Source: the human T2T-CHM13v2.0 reference genome, Homo sapiens. From it: 64,000 bases of DNA. Both the position numbers and the translations under genes were made by a program. Location: the NCBI RefSeq assembly GCF_009914755.1, contig NC_060930.1; one strand, written 5' to 3'. Below the pieces are notes generated by a model. That model was not told the origin of the DNA and searched no databases. It saw only the letters and a list, made by a program, of their open reading frames with translations. Below are positions 62,873 through 64,000 of this stretch, piece by piece (position 1 is the first letter of the stretch; each line of letters starts with the position of its first letter).

Positions 62873-64000
62873 GCACCTATGCGTATGCCTAGGAATGCAG
62901 CTGACTTCCTACTGCCAATTCAAAATAAGAAACAGAAACTATGTGGTATCAGCCAGGGTGGGCATGGAAGAAAACTGAGAAGCATACAGTCACACCTACT
63001 TCCCTTTTAGGGAGTCCCTGTCACATCCTGCTCATCCTCCCATCATCTCCCTTCCATTATGTTTCCACAAACCCAAGCTTCCAAATGAAGGTGTTGGCTG
63101 ATATTACTTATTTAAGCCTCAAGGTCTTATTCTTTCTTAGGACGTTAGCATTTTCATCTGGAGATTCCTGAAGACAAAAAGGTATTTCAGGTACCTTTGA
63201 CAGATGATGGTATGGGAGATATTTGGGAGATGGGCGAGTATCTTATGGTTCTCTACTCATAGTTCCTTAACACACTCACTTTATTATTGAAGCTTGAGAG
63301 AAGCAGGGTGTTGCAGCAACAGACCAAGCCCCCAAGTGTTCATTAAAAAGAGAATTGAGCTCTCTAAAGAGGCAGATCATGGAGACAAGAACCACCATTA
63401 TTCCAGGGGACATCCAGAGACACAGCCCACACAAAAAATATATTCATATTAATCTATCTGGGAGGAAATTGGCATCATTAAGAAAATCTTGGAAAGCTCA
63501 AAATAAAAAAGAAAACTTTCTAGTTCAATATGGCAGATAGATGTATATCCAGCTCTCCTCTTTCCTGTGCATGGTCTTACTGGGGGGAAAAACTGTGAGG
63601 GGAGGCAAACAGGACATAAGAACAGACAAAAGAAAATAAACCATAACAACACAGGAAAATAAGAATGGACATCATTAATAGACCAATCATTTCAAAGAAT
63701 TCCTGGAAGATAGAAAGCAGATGGCATGGCTCTGACTGGAAAGGAAGAGAGGAAACTCATTTCCTAGAAAAAGGAAGAACAGCACTTTTGGTGACAGCAC
63801 TGGAGAAGCTCCAAGCCCTGAGCCAATGGATGCAAAGAGACAGAACCGGCCAAGGCACAATCGTTGGGGTGATCACCAAACGAAAAACAGATCTCAAGCT
63901 AAAGCCAGAGAACTGCTCTCTCAAGAGACGGAGATCTACCTCCATGGGGCCCTGGTGGCAGCACTGGGCCTGGGAGAAAAGGAGAGTCAACAGAGTCTGC

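Overview
Human genomic DNA containing most of KIAA0319 (dyslexia-associated type I membrane protein; MANSC domain, Ser/Thr/Pro-rich stalk, five PKD domains) on the minus strand. Coding exons 2-17 splice by eye into an uninterrupted 2734-nt frame (codons 1-911). Exon 1 and the promoter lie beyond the right edge; exons 18 onward lie beyond the left edge. Intron 2 holds an opposite-strand KRT8 processed pseudogene split by an Alu. The rest is intronic repeats: about 45 Alus, old L1/L2/MIR, MaLR and ERV1 solo LTRs, DNA-transposon relics and microsatellites. I found no new multi-gene system. The best leads are: two consecutive GC-AG introns; a cassette exon that turns the signal-peptide start into a uORF; an ancestral head segment kept in the KRT8 retrocopy; two TSD-flanked micro-insertions; and the Thr311/Pro142 coding alleles. 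Exon numbers, repeat subfamilies and rs IDs are from memory, and repeat boundaries are approximate.
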